IMG/VR virus record: IMGVR_UViG_3300037395_000062
Coordinates: 1 to 64,000 of that record
Reading direction: 5' to 3' (one strand)
Length of the DNA stretch: 64,000 nucleotides
DNA from: a virus
The notes beneath the pieces were generated by a model. That model was not told the DNA's origin and did no database searches. It worked only from the letters and a program-made list of their open reading frames with translations. Both the position numbers and the translations under genes were made by a program. Shown in pieces: positions 37,139 through 47,041 of the stretch (the stretch's first letter is position 1; every line of letters starts with the position of its first letter).

Positions 37139-38133
37139 CAGAGGATTCCCAGATGGACGCCACCCACCGCCGACTTGGCCCGCGTCGTCAGTTCCTTCGC
37201 CTGCTTCTCGAACTGCATGATCGCACCGGCGAACGCGCCGCGCGGGTCGAACTTCATCCGCTGCATCAGGCCGTCCGCCTGGATCGCGGTCTCCAGCGCG
37301 CCGTAGTTCACCGACAGTTGCATCGACGACAGCGCGATCACCGCGGTGCGCGCCAGCACGAGCTGTAGCATGAAGTTCCAGTTCGCCTGGTAGTCGGCCG
37401 GCGTCAACCCTGCGGTGTACTGGAACCACATGCCGCCCGGCACGTTCTCGGCGAACCCCATGAACGCAAGCTGCATCGCGAACAGCGGCAGCATCTGCAC
37501 CGACGTGGCAGGCACGAATCGCACCAGGCCGCGATCCTGGTCCTCCACCACCCAACTCTGGGGCATCCGGAAGTACTCGTTCAGCAGCGGGTAGATGAAG
37601 GCGACGTTCTTGGTGCCGTTGAGGTTGGCTGCGTTCACCACCCCGGCAGGATCGACGGTGTCGACGCCCTTGACCGGACGCCAGCGCAGCCGCTGGTAGA
37701 GCCACCCCTCGTCCCGTGCGCGGCTGAAGAAGAAGTCGTACGCCGCCTCGGAGAAATCGTAGTCGACGCCGAGTTGCTGGTAGTTGTACTTGGTCACCAA
37801 TCCAAGCTGCAGCGTCTCGGCCAGGGTCTTGGTGGGCGGCGCCGCGATCCAGGTTTGGCACAGTTTGATGTTGGTGTCGTTCTCGATGTTGTCCTCGGCC
37901 ATCCGGATCCAGCCGAGTACCGTCTGGTCAGGAATCGGCACCGGCGGGTTGCCGAACTGCTGCAGCGGGATCTGCACGTACTGGCGCACATCGTTCGGTT
38001 GCAGTCCGGTCTTGGTCTTGGCGCCAGACGAGTAGGTGTTCACCGTCGGCGCGACGCCGGATACGGACGTGTTCCAGTTCCACAGCGCCTTCGTCGGCAC
38101 CGGAACGTAGGTCTGCGGCCCGGGGGACGACAT
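37138..38133 (-). CDS. Head-tail adaptor protein
   Basis: Position; QYTAGL, ADGL motifs. Confidence 0.6.
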   Translation of the reverse strand: MSSPGPQTYVPVPTKALWNWNTSVSGVAPTVNTYSSGAKTKTGLQPNDVRQYVQIPLQQFGNPPVPIPDQTVLGWIRMAEDNIENDTNIKLCQTWIAAPPTKTLAETLQLGLVTKYNYQQLGVDYDFSEAAYDFFFSRARDEGWLYQRLRWRPVKGVDTVDPAGVVNAANLNGTKNVAFIYPLLNEYFRMPQSWVVEDQDRGLVRFVPATSVQMLPLFAMQLAFMGFAENVPGGMWFQYTAGLTPADYQANWNFMLQLVLARTAVIALSSMQLSVNYGALETAIQADGLMQRMKFDPRGAFAGAIMQFEKQAKELTTRAKSAVGGVHLGIL

Positions 38134-38142
38134 TGCCTGCCC

Positions 38143-38526
38143 CTACCGTCGCTTGCCGTGCTGGTGCGGCTGATTCCGGGTCACCGTGTCCGCGACGCGA
38201 CCCAGCGTCAGCCTGCCCTCGCTCAACACGGCCGGCTGCCGCGTCATGCCGTCCGTCCGTCCGGTCGCGTCCGTCGTGTGCACCGGCGGCAGCGGTGCCT
38301 CCGTCAAGGCCGTATTCGCGACCGGCGTCTCCCCGAACATGACCAGTCGCACCGAAGGAATCTCGCGCAGCCTGGATGCCTGGTCGGCGGTCAACGTATC
38401 GGTTTCGTACCGCCCGACCGCGACGCTCTTGAACAGCACGCCGCTTATCTCGCCGCCAGCGCGGTGGCCTTGCCGCCACATCTTCCAGATCGCCGAGTGC
38501 TCGATCAGTCGCGCGATGAACGTCAT
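38143..38526 (-). CDS. Hypothetical protein
   Basis: ORF with GGAG SD. Confidence 0.5.
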   Translation of the reverse strand: MTFIARLIEHSAIWKMWRQGHRAGGEISGVLFKSVAVGRYETDTLTADQASRLREIPSVRLVMFGETPVANTALTEAPLPPVHTTDATGRTDGMTRQPAVLSEGRLTLGRVADTVTRNQPHQHGKRR

Positions 38527-38587
38527 GCTCCGGCCTTCCCGCCACTCCGCGCAGTCTACGCTGCTTTTTCTAGCGTAGCTAGGGAGT

Positions 38588-38863
38588 TTACGGGACGATC
38601 CCCGCCGCCTTCAACACGCCGGTCAGGTTCGCGTGCACCACCGCGATCTGCGCGGCCTGGGCAGCGGTGATGACGACCACGTCGGGTCCTGGCTGCATCG
38701 CGTCGATCGCCTGGCGCTGCGACTCGTTGAGCAGCGGCTCCCCGCTGCGAAAGGTTGGACCTGAAGGAGTGCCGCTCTGCGGCGCTGGTCCCGGCTCCAG
38801 GGTTGATCCCTGGTTGATCGGTCCGGTCCAGGGTTGCGGTGCCAATGAATTCATCTCCGACAT
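38588..38863 (-). CDS. Hypothetical protein
   Basis: ATG (MSEMN) with GGGAG SD. Confidence 0.45.
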   Translation of the reverse strand: MSEMNSLAPQPWTGPINQGSTLEPGPAPQSGTPSGPTFRSGEPLLNESQRQAIDAMQPGPDVVVITAAQAAQIAVVHANLTGVLKAAGIVP

Positions 38864-39253
38864 GGCACTCCCTGATTGCTGCTGTTCGATGCTCACGACG
38901 CGAATCTCCCTGGTTAACCTGGGTGCAACGTCACACATGGCTCCGGGTTGCGTCGAGCGTCGGAAACTACCTAGATGTGCTTGACTCTCGTCCAAGCAGC
39001 ATTACGCCGGCGCCCGATCGGCAGATGAGCATCGAGGTACATCTCGAACCACAGCCGACGCCGGAACGGCACCCGTGCCCAGCGCCGGCGGTACATGTCG
39101 ACTCGCCTGCACTCGTGCGGCGCGAGACGGGCATGTCTCCAGCCGAACGGTCTAAAGAGCAATCGGTCTATCTTGGCGTCCGCCAAGCCTCGCCTGCGTT
39201 TCCTGGGGATCAGCATTCGCGCAGATTACGTCGGTTCAACGGGTGTGGCAAGT

Positions 39254-40372
39254 TCAGGGAGCAAACTTCGTCCACTTACCCGGGTTGGTGTCGATCTCGT
39301 ACGGACCGAACACGCGGTAATCGCCGCGTATTTCGGCTACAGTCGGTTCGTTGAAGGTCACACGGTACATGTGCTCCGGTTCGATCGTAGCGCATTCCAC
39401 AGGAACCAGCCCTATCGAAGCGCTGTCGACGAATATGTCTCCAAGCGGGCTCGAAAACACTCCATCGCCGAAGGCTGTGTGGAACACCACGATCGGTCTC
39501 TTGCCATCCAGATTGATGACGACAGCGTCGTTTTCAAACTGACTTGCAGGTACGATTACGTCGTCCCACGTCTTCGAATCGAACGCATAGCCAGGATCAC
39601 CCATCCAGTATTCACCGGAAGGTACGTTTATCTTTACTATTTTGGTCTCCTGTTTGTTTCGTTTTTTACCCATCTTAGCTGCGGATAGTTTAGCTCTGTG
39701 CTCCGCCGATTTAGGTTTTCCGGTCAGCGCCGCTCGTATGGCAGCACGATGTTCTGGCGTCCGGACAGCACCAACTGCCAACGTACGAAGCCGCTCCGCT
39801 TCTTCTGGCGTGCACACTTTGGGATTTGCGGCCCAGCGACGAAGCGCTGCTTCTCGCATTTTTAGCTTTACATTTTCTGGATGCTTGCGACCGGTCTGGC
39901 CTCGAGCCATCGCATCGCGCGATTCTTGCGAGGCTTTTCTGCCTGTCTGTCTGATTCGCATGGACTCTACCATATCTGGAGATAGTTTCCGCCCTGAATG
40001 GATTCGGCTTAACTCTGCCTTCCACTCTTCGGTGTGCCGGTAACCAAGCGCTCCGTCACCGCCATCGGTGAGATTATAACCTGCTGGTGAGCGAGTAACC
40101 AACTTTGCAATAAGTTGGGTCTCCATGTCTGCCGCCTCTTTACGTGTCGTAAAAACAGCCACCAGTTCGACAGTGAACGCGTCAAATCCATATTTACGCA
40201 TCGCTGCGTGCAACACCCACCCGCTACCTTTTCGAGCATCGCTAAGATGTTTTCCAAATCGTCTAGCGACAGTCATTGATGTGAACCCGACGTAGTTCTT
40301 GCCGCTCGCAGTGCACCGTATCAGGTACACGTTGAACACGTCGGAACCAGACTGTATGCTTTTCGCAGCCAT
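39254..40372 (-). CDS. GIY-YIG homing endonuclease with NUMOD3 repeats, fused to an unrelated C-terminal domain
   Basis: VYLI..NYVGFT..RRF..H, GYNLTDGGDG, HTEEWKAELS / KSAEHRAKLS repeats. Confidence 0.88.
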   Translation of the reverse strand: MAAKSIQSGSDVFNVYLIRCTASGKNYVGFTSMTVARRFGKHLSDARKGSGWVLHAAMRKYGFDAFTVELVAVFTTRKEAADMETQLIAKLVTRSPAGYNLTDGGDGALGYRHTEEWKAELSRIHSGRKLSPDMVESMRIRQTGRKASQESRDAMARGQTGRKHPENVKLKMREAALRRWAANPKVCTPEEAERLRTLAVGAVRTPEHRAAIRAALTGKPKSAEHRAKLSAAKMGKKRNKQETKIVKINVPSGEYWMGDPGYAFDSKTWDDVIVPASQFENDAVVINLDGKRPIVVFHTAFGDGVFSSPLGDIFVDSASIGLVPVECATIEPEHMYRVTFNEPTVAEIRGDYRVFGPYEIDTNPGKWTKFAP

Positions 40373-40459
40373 ATCGGCAGCCCCTTACTGCTGTTGGTCA
40401 GAAACGGCGCTGCTCTTGCCGGAGCGGCGCCGCTTTCGTATCTAGCTTAATAGCTAGCT

Positions 40460-40508
40460 ATAGTCAACAAAAAAGCCCTGATACACTCAGGGCTTTTTTG
40501 TTGACTAT
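40460..40508. terminator. Bidirectional terminator, 22-bp perfect inverted repeat, overlapping the endonuclease promoter
   Basis: ATAGTCAACAAAAAAGCCCTGA-TACAC-TCAGGGCTTTTTTGTTGACTAT. Confidence 0.9.
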
Positions 40509-40520
40509 TCTCTCAAAGCG

Positions 40521-42446
40521 TTAGTTGTTCGCGCCGAGCGGATTCCATGCAGGGTTATCGGGAACGAAGTTTCGAATCACCGCGTGCATTTTTGGGATTC
40601 TATTCCTTATAGCCCCGATCGAAGCGACACACCACGGCATGTATAGGTTCGCGGCGAAGAGATTAATCCTAGTCAATGGGAGAAGATACCTATAATCTAA
40701 GGCCTCGTCCTCCGTACGCATGTCCAGCAAGTAGATCTCCTCGCTGCCCGGAAGTTGGTAATTGTAGTCGATGAAGTTGACCGTCCCCGTGCCGCTGGCC
40801 AGGATCGAGCCGACGTAGCGCACCGCAGTCGGCGAGTTGGACCCCGACGCGAAACCGCCTGCTCCGGTGCGGAACACGCGATATGCGTAGGCGTCGGCCG
40901 CAGCCGGGCCGCCGATCGCCACCACCGCGGCGCCGGACGTGGTGATCGCGGAACCGGCCAGCGCGTTCGACCATGCGAGGTTCGACTCGTTCATGTTGAC
41001 GTCCGTCGAGGCCACCCCCCAGTGGTACGATGCCGTAGACCCGGTGTAGGGGGATCCCGCGCCGACGCCCCAGTTACTGCCCGCGTAGGCGGCGCCTGAT
41101 GCGCTGGCGATGACGCCGGACGGCGGCGTCGGATTGACGGTCGTGGTCGGCGTGGTGCCGTTCGAGCGCGGCTGCCCCTGGGCTGGCGTGTCGCGCGCGG
41201 TGATGATGATATCGAGCGGGAACTGGATCGGACCCAGGCGGGTCCGCATACCCTGCAGATCGCCGTCCACCACGATACCGGCACGGTCCGAGAACTGGCT
41301 GTTCACCAGGTTGTTCAGCAGCGTGGTGACGAGCGACTGCAGCGAACCGTTGGTCGTCGGCGTCATGAAGGCGTGCGTGCTGCGGCCGAACTTGGTCCAC
41401 GAGGCGATGTTGGCCGCCACCTCGTAGAGCATATTGTACAGCGCCTGGGCGGTGGACCAGCCCTGGCCCAGGTTCGCCGCGACGAACTGCTGGAAGTCGA
41501 ACAGGTTGCCGCTCGGCGTGGTCGGGCCGACGCCGGCGAACTGGTTCGGGAAGATGTTCGGGTTGCCGTGGAAGCACATCCAGTCGGCGGTCTGCAGCAC
41601 GGTGAGCGCCGAGTTGGCGTTCTCCTGCTCGTTGACGCTGACGAAGTTGTTCTGCGCCATCAACGCCAAGGTGACCGCGCGGCCGTCGAGCATCAGCTTC
41701 AGGTTGATCGACTGCAGGGTGTAGATACCCGCGTTCGTCGCCAGCGTGCCGGAGGATACGTTCGAGAACCCGCTGGTCGCCGAGCCCGGCAACGCACCGC
41801 CCGGATCGTCGATATAGGCGAAATAGTCGACCACCTGGTACGCCGGCGACTTCGGCAGCGACTGGTAGAAGGTGAAGCTGTCCGGCCGCACGGTGCCGCG
41901 CGCGAGCCGCGTGTCGAGCGACACATAGCCGAGCGACTGACCGCCGGTGATCTGGGTGAAGTTGGTCTGCGTGCCGACATCCAGCACGGCCTTGGCCATC
42001 GGATTGGCCTTGGCGAGTTCGACGGCGTCGATCTCCAGCAGGCGTCCGCGGCTGGAGTTCGGCTGGGCGCCCGGTGCGTTGGTCTGGTAGTAGCGCGGCG
42101 TGTCGCGCCAGACCCGGGCATACGCCTGCTCCGGTGCTGCCGCCTTGTGCAACGCCTCGCGTGCCTGCGCGCCGTCGAACATGATCGGCGTGCCGCCGCC
42201 GAGGCTGATCGCCGCCGTGTTGCCCATCGCGAGTGCCGCGAACATCGGACGCAGCGGCTCCAGCGGGTTGCCGTGGCCCGGCAGCGAATTCTCGAATTGC
42301 TGCAAGGCCTGAAGCGAGGTGTGCTGAAGCACTTCGGTCGGCATGTCGGCCGACGCCATGTTCGGCCGAACGTAGTCGTAGTCGGGTCGGCGTCCCGTCG
42401 GCATCGGCGGCACGACGGCGGGTACGGACTGGATATGCTCAGACAT
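40521..42446 (-). CDS. Major capsid protein with an Ig/FN3-like insertion
   Basis: GGQSLGYVSLD, EWxxFxG-like DWMCFHG, YRVFRT Ig insert, LLPLTRINL; follows protease and scaffold. Confidence 0.85.
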   Translation of the reverse strand: MSEHIQSVPAVVPPMPTGRRPDYDYVRPNMASADMPTEVLQHTSLQALQQFENSLPGHGNPLEPLRPMFAALAMGNTAAISLGGGTPIMFDGAQAREALHKAAAPEQAYARVWRDTPRYYQTNAPGAQPNSSRGRLLEIDAVELAKANPMAKAVLDVGTQTNFTQITGGQSLGYVSLDTRLARGTVRPDSFTFYQSLPKSPAYQVVDYFAYIDDPGGALPGSATSGFSNVSSGTLATNAGIYTLQSINLKLMLDGRAVTLALMAQNNFVSVNEQENANSALTVLQTADWMCFHGNPNIFPNQFAGVGPTTPSGNLFDFQQFVAANLGQGWSTAQALYNMLYEVAANIASWTKFGRSTHAFMTPTTNGSLQSLVTTLLNNLVNSQFSDRAGIVVDGDLQGMRTRLGPIQFPLDIIITARDTPAQGQPRSNGTTPTTTVNPTPPSGVIASASGAAYAGSNWGVGAGSPYTGSTASYHWGVASTDVNMNESNLAWSNALAGSAITTSGAAVVAIGGPAAADAYAYRVFRTGAGGFASGSNSPTAVRYVGSILASGTGTVNFIDYNYQLPGSEEIYLLDMRTEDEALDYRYLLPLTRINLFAANLYMPWCVASIGAIRNRIPKMHAVIRNFVPDNPAWNPLGANN

Positions 42447-42476
42447 GTCGGTTTCGGTCCTTCTCTATCCGTTCCG

Positions 42477-44702
42477 TTACGCCGCCCGGCGCAGGATTTC
42501 CTGCACAGGAGGCGCGCAGTTGGCGATCGCCGATTTCACGGCCGTATCCGGTAGTGCCATACGGATCGACGCGAGCGCGTCGATCCCCTTGTCGCGCTCG
42601 GCCATGCTGATCTGGCCGGACGAGGCCAGCGCGTTCATCTGCGCCTCGGGTGCCGCCGCCAAATCCACACTGGACTTGAACAGCTCGGTCACAGGTGGGC
42701 GACCGCCGTCCTGCGGGTTGCGCGACTGGCCGCCGACCATCCGCATGACCTGCTGCACGTCGGCCTGCATCAACGCGTAGCCACTGAGCGACTTCTCGAG
42801 CGCGGATGCGATCTTCGCCAGGTCGGCCTGGCTTGCCGGCGAGGGCTGCACGACGACGGTACCGCCGTCGGGAGCCGCGTTGCCGACGGACTCGCCGTGC
42901 GACGGCCACTTGTCCTGGTTCTTCGCCTTGGTCTCCTTCAGCGCCTTGGCGACGGTACCGAGCGACTTCTCGATCTTCGTCATGCTGGGCCCGACGCGGC
43001 CGCCGCGCAGGGACTTCGCGATCGCGGCGTGCGACCGTGCCTTCGCCATGCGGCGGCTTGCCTTCTTGTGGTGCCGGCGTCCCGCCGCGTGGCGGCCGTC
43101 CTCCATGGCATCCTCGGACTCCATGGCCGCGACCTTGGCCAGCTTGACCAATCCCTTGGCAAGCAGCCGCTCCAGTGCGGCGGCCTTCTTCATCGCCTTC
43201 TTCTGGTCGTCGTCGGATTCGGACTCGGCGTCGTCCTCCTCGTCGAGTTCGTTAACGATCTCGATGTCGGTGCCGGAACCGCCTTCGGTCTGCTCGGCCT
43301 CATCGTCCTCGTCGGCATCCTCGCCTTCGTCGTCCTCGCCGGATTCGGATTCCTTGTCCGCAGTGCTTTCGGATTCGCCGGCCTTCTTCGCCTTGGACAC
43401 CGCACGCACGACCTCCGGAATCGCCTTGGCGAGTGCCGAGGCCACGGCGGCCGGAAGCGCCTTGGCGATCTCGGCCTTCAGCACGGCGGGATCGAACGTA
43501 AGCGCCGTCGGCGAGGGCTGCGTCTCCAACGCCTGCACCCGGCTCTGCATCGCCTGACCGAACGCCACCAGCGACTTCATGGCGCGCGCCTGCGTCATCA
43601 GCTTGCGGCCGAGATCCTCGGTGACTGCCTGCACGCCGCTCTGCCGCGTCGGACGCGAATACTCGCGCTCCATCGGTTCGGCGCCATGGCCGGATGCGTC
43701 CTGCGGCTTGCCGACGCCGACCTTGCCAGCCGGAACGGAGGATTCGGGACCGCCTGCACGGGTCGTCTCCAGACGGTCGTCCGGCGGTCCGTCGAACAGG
43801 TCCTCGACCTGACGGATGCGATCGTGGTCGTCGCCTTCCTCCAGCAGTGTGGTCGCCTTGCCGAGTTCCATGGACGCTTCCAGGGAGGCTTCCTTGATCA
43901 TGTCGACGCGTTCCGCCGGGGTCATGCGCCCGAGCAGGGTCCCGAACGCCTTGATAAGGTAGCCGGCGCCGCGCGGCGTGACGGCGGTCTGTGCGATGGT
44001 CATGAACTCTCCCGAGCCTCCGGTCTTGCAGGTGCCGCAACTATGCGTCGGCGTACAGGCGCAGCCCAATGCCGAAACGACGGACGATTTCCCGACCGGC
44101 GACTTCGTATCGCCGGTACGCAGCCAATCGACGAAACCGTCGAAATCCATGCGCCTTACCGAACCGATACGCTCCACGCCGCGCCCGTCAGAGAACGCCG
44201 CGATATAGGTGCGTCCGGCCTGCGCGCCGTCGCTGAAGCCCAGCATGCACTTGTGCTCGTCGAAACCGCCGTCGTCGGCATCGACCTGGTCGATCACGTA
44301 CACCGGACACGTGTGGATACGATGAGCCTCGGGGCCGACATAGACATCGACATGGTCGCCGTCGGCACCCTCGGTGCGCTTCACGTACCCGTAATGCGCG
44401 GGCATGCGTACCGACCACGGCGTGCCGTCCGGCGCCGTGCCGCTGCGCATGCGGTCCAGCGGCGTCTCGATGGTGACCTCCAGGCCGGGATATCGCGTAT
44501 CCATCCCGCGGTCCCACGACCCCAGGATCGCGTGCGTCATCTGATAGTTACCGGCCGCCGCCTGTCCCGGCGACGGGTCCCAGTTGCGCCGGACGGCGCG
44601 GTCTAGGTCGCCCGGCGCGATTACCTCGATCGGATTGTCGCGGTGACCTACGTGCAGTGATCGGGCAGCAGACCGAACTTCCGCTTCGGTAATCAGCGTC
44701 AT
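42477..44702 (-). CDS. InPase-domain/scaffolding protein fusion
   Basis: GLEVTIETP, HYGY..TEGADGDHVDV, FDEHKCMLGF, then acidic and coiled regions; ATGA overlap with the protease. Confidence 0.7.
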   Translation of the reverse strand: MTLITEAEVRSAARSLHVGHRDNPIEVIAPGDLDRAVRRNWDPSPGQAAAGNYQMTHAILGSWDRGMDTRYPGLEVTIETPLDRMRSGTAPDGTPWSVRMPAHYGYVKRTEGADGDHVDVYVGPEAHRIHTCPVYVIDQVDADDGGFDEHKCMLGFSDGAQAGRTYIAAFSDGRGVERIGSVRRMDFDGFVDWLRTGDTKSPVGKSSVVSALGCACTPTHSCGTCKTGGSGEFMTIAQTAVTPRGAGYLIKAFGTLLGRMTPAERVDMIKEASLEASMELGKATTLLEEGDDHDRIRQVEDLFDGPPDDRLETTRAGGPESSVPAGKVGVGKPQDASGHGAEPMEREYSRPTRQSGVQAVTEDLGRKLMTQARAMKSLVAFGQAMQSRVQALETQPSPTALTFDPAVLKAEIAKALPAAVASALAKAIPEVVRAVSKAKKAGESESTADKESESGEDDEGEDADEDDEAEQTEGGSGTDIEIVNELDEEDDAESESDDDQKKAMKKAAALERLLAKGLVKLAKVAAMESEDAMEDGRHAAGRRHHKKASRRMAKARSHAAIAKSLRGGRVGPSMTKIEKSLGTVAKALKETKAKNQDKWPSHGESVGNAAPDGGTVVVQPSPASQADLAKIASALEKSLSGYALMQADVQQVMRMVGGQSRNPQDGGRPPVTELFKSSVDLAAAPEAQMNALASSGQISMAERDKGIDALASIRMALPDTAVKSAIANCAPPVQEILRRAA

Positions 44703-45574
44703 TTCAGCACGCCATCCTTGTTCCGGCCGAACGCCCGGTCGAACGCCTTCTGCATGTTCCGCCGGTGCATCACGGCGTGCGCCGCTATATCGGCCAGCCC
44801 CGCCGGGTATTTCGCGCATTTCTCGAAGTGGCCTCGGTATCCGGTCAGCGACGGGAAGTCCTGCACCCGGCAGCCGAGGCAGTCCGACGCCGCGTACACG
44901 TCGTCCATCGTCTGCGGGACCGCCAGCAGCGCCGACATCGGCGGCCCTTCGATCGACTTCGCCAGTTCGGCGATGTAGGCCTTGGCCGACACTATCCGCG
45001 CCTCGCCCTTCAGCGCCGTGTTCTTCGGCGTGCGGGTGAATGCAAGCGATCTCCAGTCGATCGCCTTGATCACGAACCGCTTCGCCGCGACGCCTGCGGC
45101 GCACTCGCCACGCGTGCAGTCGTCGAGGTCGATCGGGAAACCGTATATCGAGGCGTACCACAGCACGGGCGGATCCCGCCGCAGGCTGGCCCAGAACGCA
45201 TCAGCGTGGCTTCGCGCGGGATCGTCCGTGCCATCGGCCGATCGGCTGATCTCCCCCTCCACGTAGGTTCGCCCGCCGGATGCGGCACGCACATCGAGCG
45301 GCCGGCCGACGATATAGGACTCCGGATCGCGGATCGGCGGGACCATCCTGTGTCCGAGTTCGGATTTGTGATCCATGTCCAGGTGACCCGTGGCGACGAA
45401 CGAAGCCGCACTTCCCAGGAGTGCCGCCTGAAGCACCACGTCCCCATCCAGATCCTGCTCCTCGGTGCTAGCCTCGCATTCAACAATTCTACGTCCGGAC
45501 GCCTCCGGCGCACGCGCCTTCACGAGCACGGGAATGCGCGCGACGATCGCGCGATCAAGCAGGTCGAGGTCCAT
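44699..45574 (-). CDS. Prohead (capsid maturation) protease
   Basis: EASTEEQDLDGDVV, DMDH, ASIYG, LAFT..P.N. Confidence 0.8.
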   Translation of the reverse strand: MDLDLLDRAIVARIPVLVKARAPEASGRRIVECEASTEEQDLDGDVVLQAALLGSAASFVATGHLDMDHKSELGHRMVPPIRDPESYIVGRPLDVRAASGGRTYVEGEISRSADGTDDPARSHADAFWASLRRDPPVLWYASIYGFPIDLDDCTRGECAAGVAAKRFVIKAIDWRSLAFTRTPKNTALKGEARIVSAKAYIAELAKSIEGPPMSALLAVPQTMDDVYAASDCLGCRVQDFPSLTGYRGHFEKCAKYPAGLADIAAHAVMHRRNMQKAFDRAFGRNKDGVLK

Positions 45575-45762
45575 ACGGAAAACGGTTGCAGGAAACGCTC
45601 GAAACCCCTATGCAGTGCGAGTGCCCGCCGCGCTCACCCCGACGGCGAAGGATGTGAAAATATCGGGGAAGTGAACAACGCCGCTTGGCAAAGTGCCCTG
45701 TCGCTATGAAAGTGGACGCACCAGATTAGCGGCAGGGGGCGAGTCCCTCAAAGGATGCGGCC

Positions 45763-45948
45763 GTGCAAGAGAAAGCGATCGTCTACTACGTCGTGGCGAT
45801 GTTGGGTTGCCTGCTGATCGACCTGATCGTCGTCGTGGCCCGTGGACCGATCATGATCGACCCGATCCTGAAGCTGCTGCTGGTCGCGGTCTGCCTTATC
45901 GCCGTCGTGATCGGCCTGGCCCGCCACGGCTGGCTGCTGTCGGGCTAG
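45763..45948 (+). CDS. Small two-TM membrane protein
   Basis: Two hydrophobic helices; AGGA SD. Confidence 0.5.
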   Translation: MQEKAIVYYVVAMLGCLLIDLIVVVARGPIMIDPILKLLLVAVCLIAVVIGLARHGWLLSG

Positions 45949-46586
45949 GCTACCTCCATCGACAGGCTGGCGCAGACCCCGCCGATCTGCGACGACATGC
46001 CGCCGTACGGCGCGTCGCTCTCCCCGTCGCAGGGCGCGAACACGATCCCGGACACGACCGGCGACAGCGCCTTCTCCGCGAGACCCAGGAACTCGTCCAC
46101 AGGCCGGCGCCCCAATTCGTAGGCGCACCAGTCCACCGTATATTTCGGCTTGCGCATCTCGGATTCCAGCCACGCCATCACCAGGCCGCCGTGGCGCGAA
46201 TGGAAATTCGCGTGGAACGACATCTCGATCAGGAGGTCGCGCACGTTGGACGCCGCCACGAAGTTCAACTGGATCCGCCCGACGAACCGGCAGCGCGCGC
46301 AGGCGCACACGCTCCACTTGTGTCCAGCCGGGACGAACCGCATGGCGTCCGTCAACTCCTCGCGGCGGCTGCGCCATTCGGAGCAGGTACCGCAGCCGCA
46401 GATCGCGCGGTCGGACATCGGATAGTGCCGCAGTGCATCCACCACCGGCGCAGCTTCGCGGTCCGGCAGCGCCACCGAGGCGTAGACGCCGAGCATCGAA
46501 TCGAGCGCCTCGATCAGTCCGTGCAGCCTCGCGCGTCTGTGTGCGAGAGCGCGTACGCGAGGATCAAGCGACTGGATGCTGTGCAT
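45945..46586 (-). CDS. Hypothetical Cys-rich (Zn-binding) protein
   Basis: CGCGTC and CACARC motifs. Confidence 0.5.
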   Translation of the reverse strand: MHSIQSLDPRVRALAHRRARLHGLIEALDSMLGVYASVALPDREAAPVVDALRHYPMSDRAICGCGTCSEWRSRREELTDAMRFVPAGHKWSVCACARCRFVGRIQLNFVAASNVRDLLIEMSFHANFHSRHGGLVMAWLESEMRKPKYTVDWCAYELGRRPVDEFLGLAEKALSPVVSGIVFAPCDGESDAPYGGMSSQIGGVCASLSMEVA

Positions 46587-47040
46587 TCACGGCCTTCGCC
46601 CCGTTCATCGCGATCAGTTGGTAGCGGCGATCGACCGCCGACACGCGGCCCACGATGTCGCTGCGTCTCCCCAGCGCCATGCGCATATCCTCCTTGCTCT
46701 TGGGTGGCAGGTCAGGTGCGCGGCCGTTGAACTCCGTAGCGATGTCTCCGGAACTGAGCGGTCCCTTCTCGATCAGTATGGCGACGATGATGTCCGTCAT
46801 GCGATCGGACTTCGCCTTCGGCGCCCTGGAAGGTTGGGCCGCGAACCGCACGCGTTGCTCCGCCTTGACGGGAGCCGGCGTATCGTCGACCGGAAGCGTG
46901 AAGTAGTGGTCGAAGAAAGCGTCCAGCTTCTCCACCTCCTTCGCATGGTGCATGCGGTCCAGCGCGGCCCGCCGGATCCGCACGTCCGGAGATCCGGCTG
47001 CGATCTCGATGGGGTCCCGTATCCTGTTCGCGTCAGCCAT
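46564..47040 (-). CDS. Hypothetical protein, C-terminal winged-helix-like
   Basis: IIVAILIEKGPLSSGDI. Confidence 0.5.
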   Translation of the reverse strand: MADANRIRDPIEIAAGSPDVRIRRAALDRMHHAKEVEKLDAFFDHYFTLPVDDTPAPVKAEQRVRFAAQPSRAPKAKSDRMTDIIVAILIEKGPLSSGDIATEFNGRAPDLPPKSKEDMRMALGRRSDIVGRVSAVDRRYQLIAMNGAKAVNAQHPVA

Positions 47041-47041
47041 G

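Noticed and set aside
39254-40372. Group I intron hosting the GIY-YIG gene
   Set aside because: The capsid gene ends intact with its own terminator, and no interrupted gene or intron core is evident
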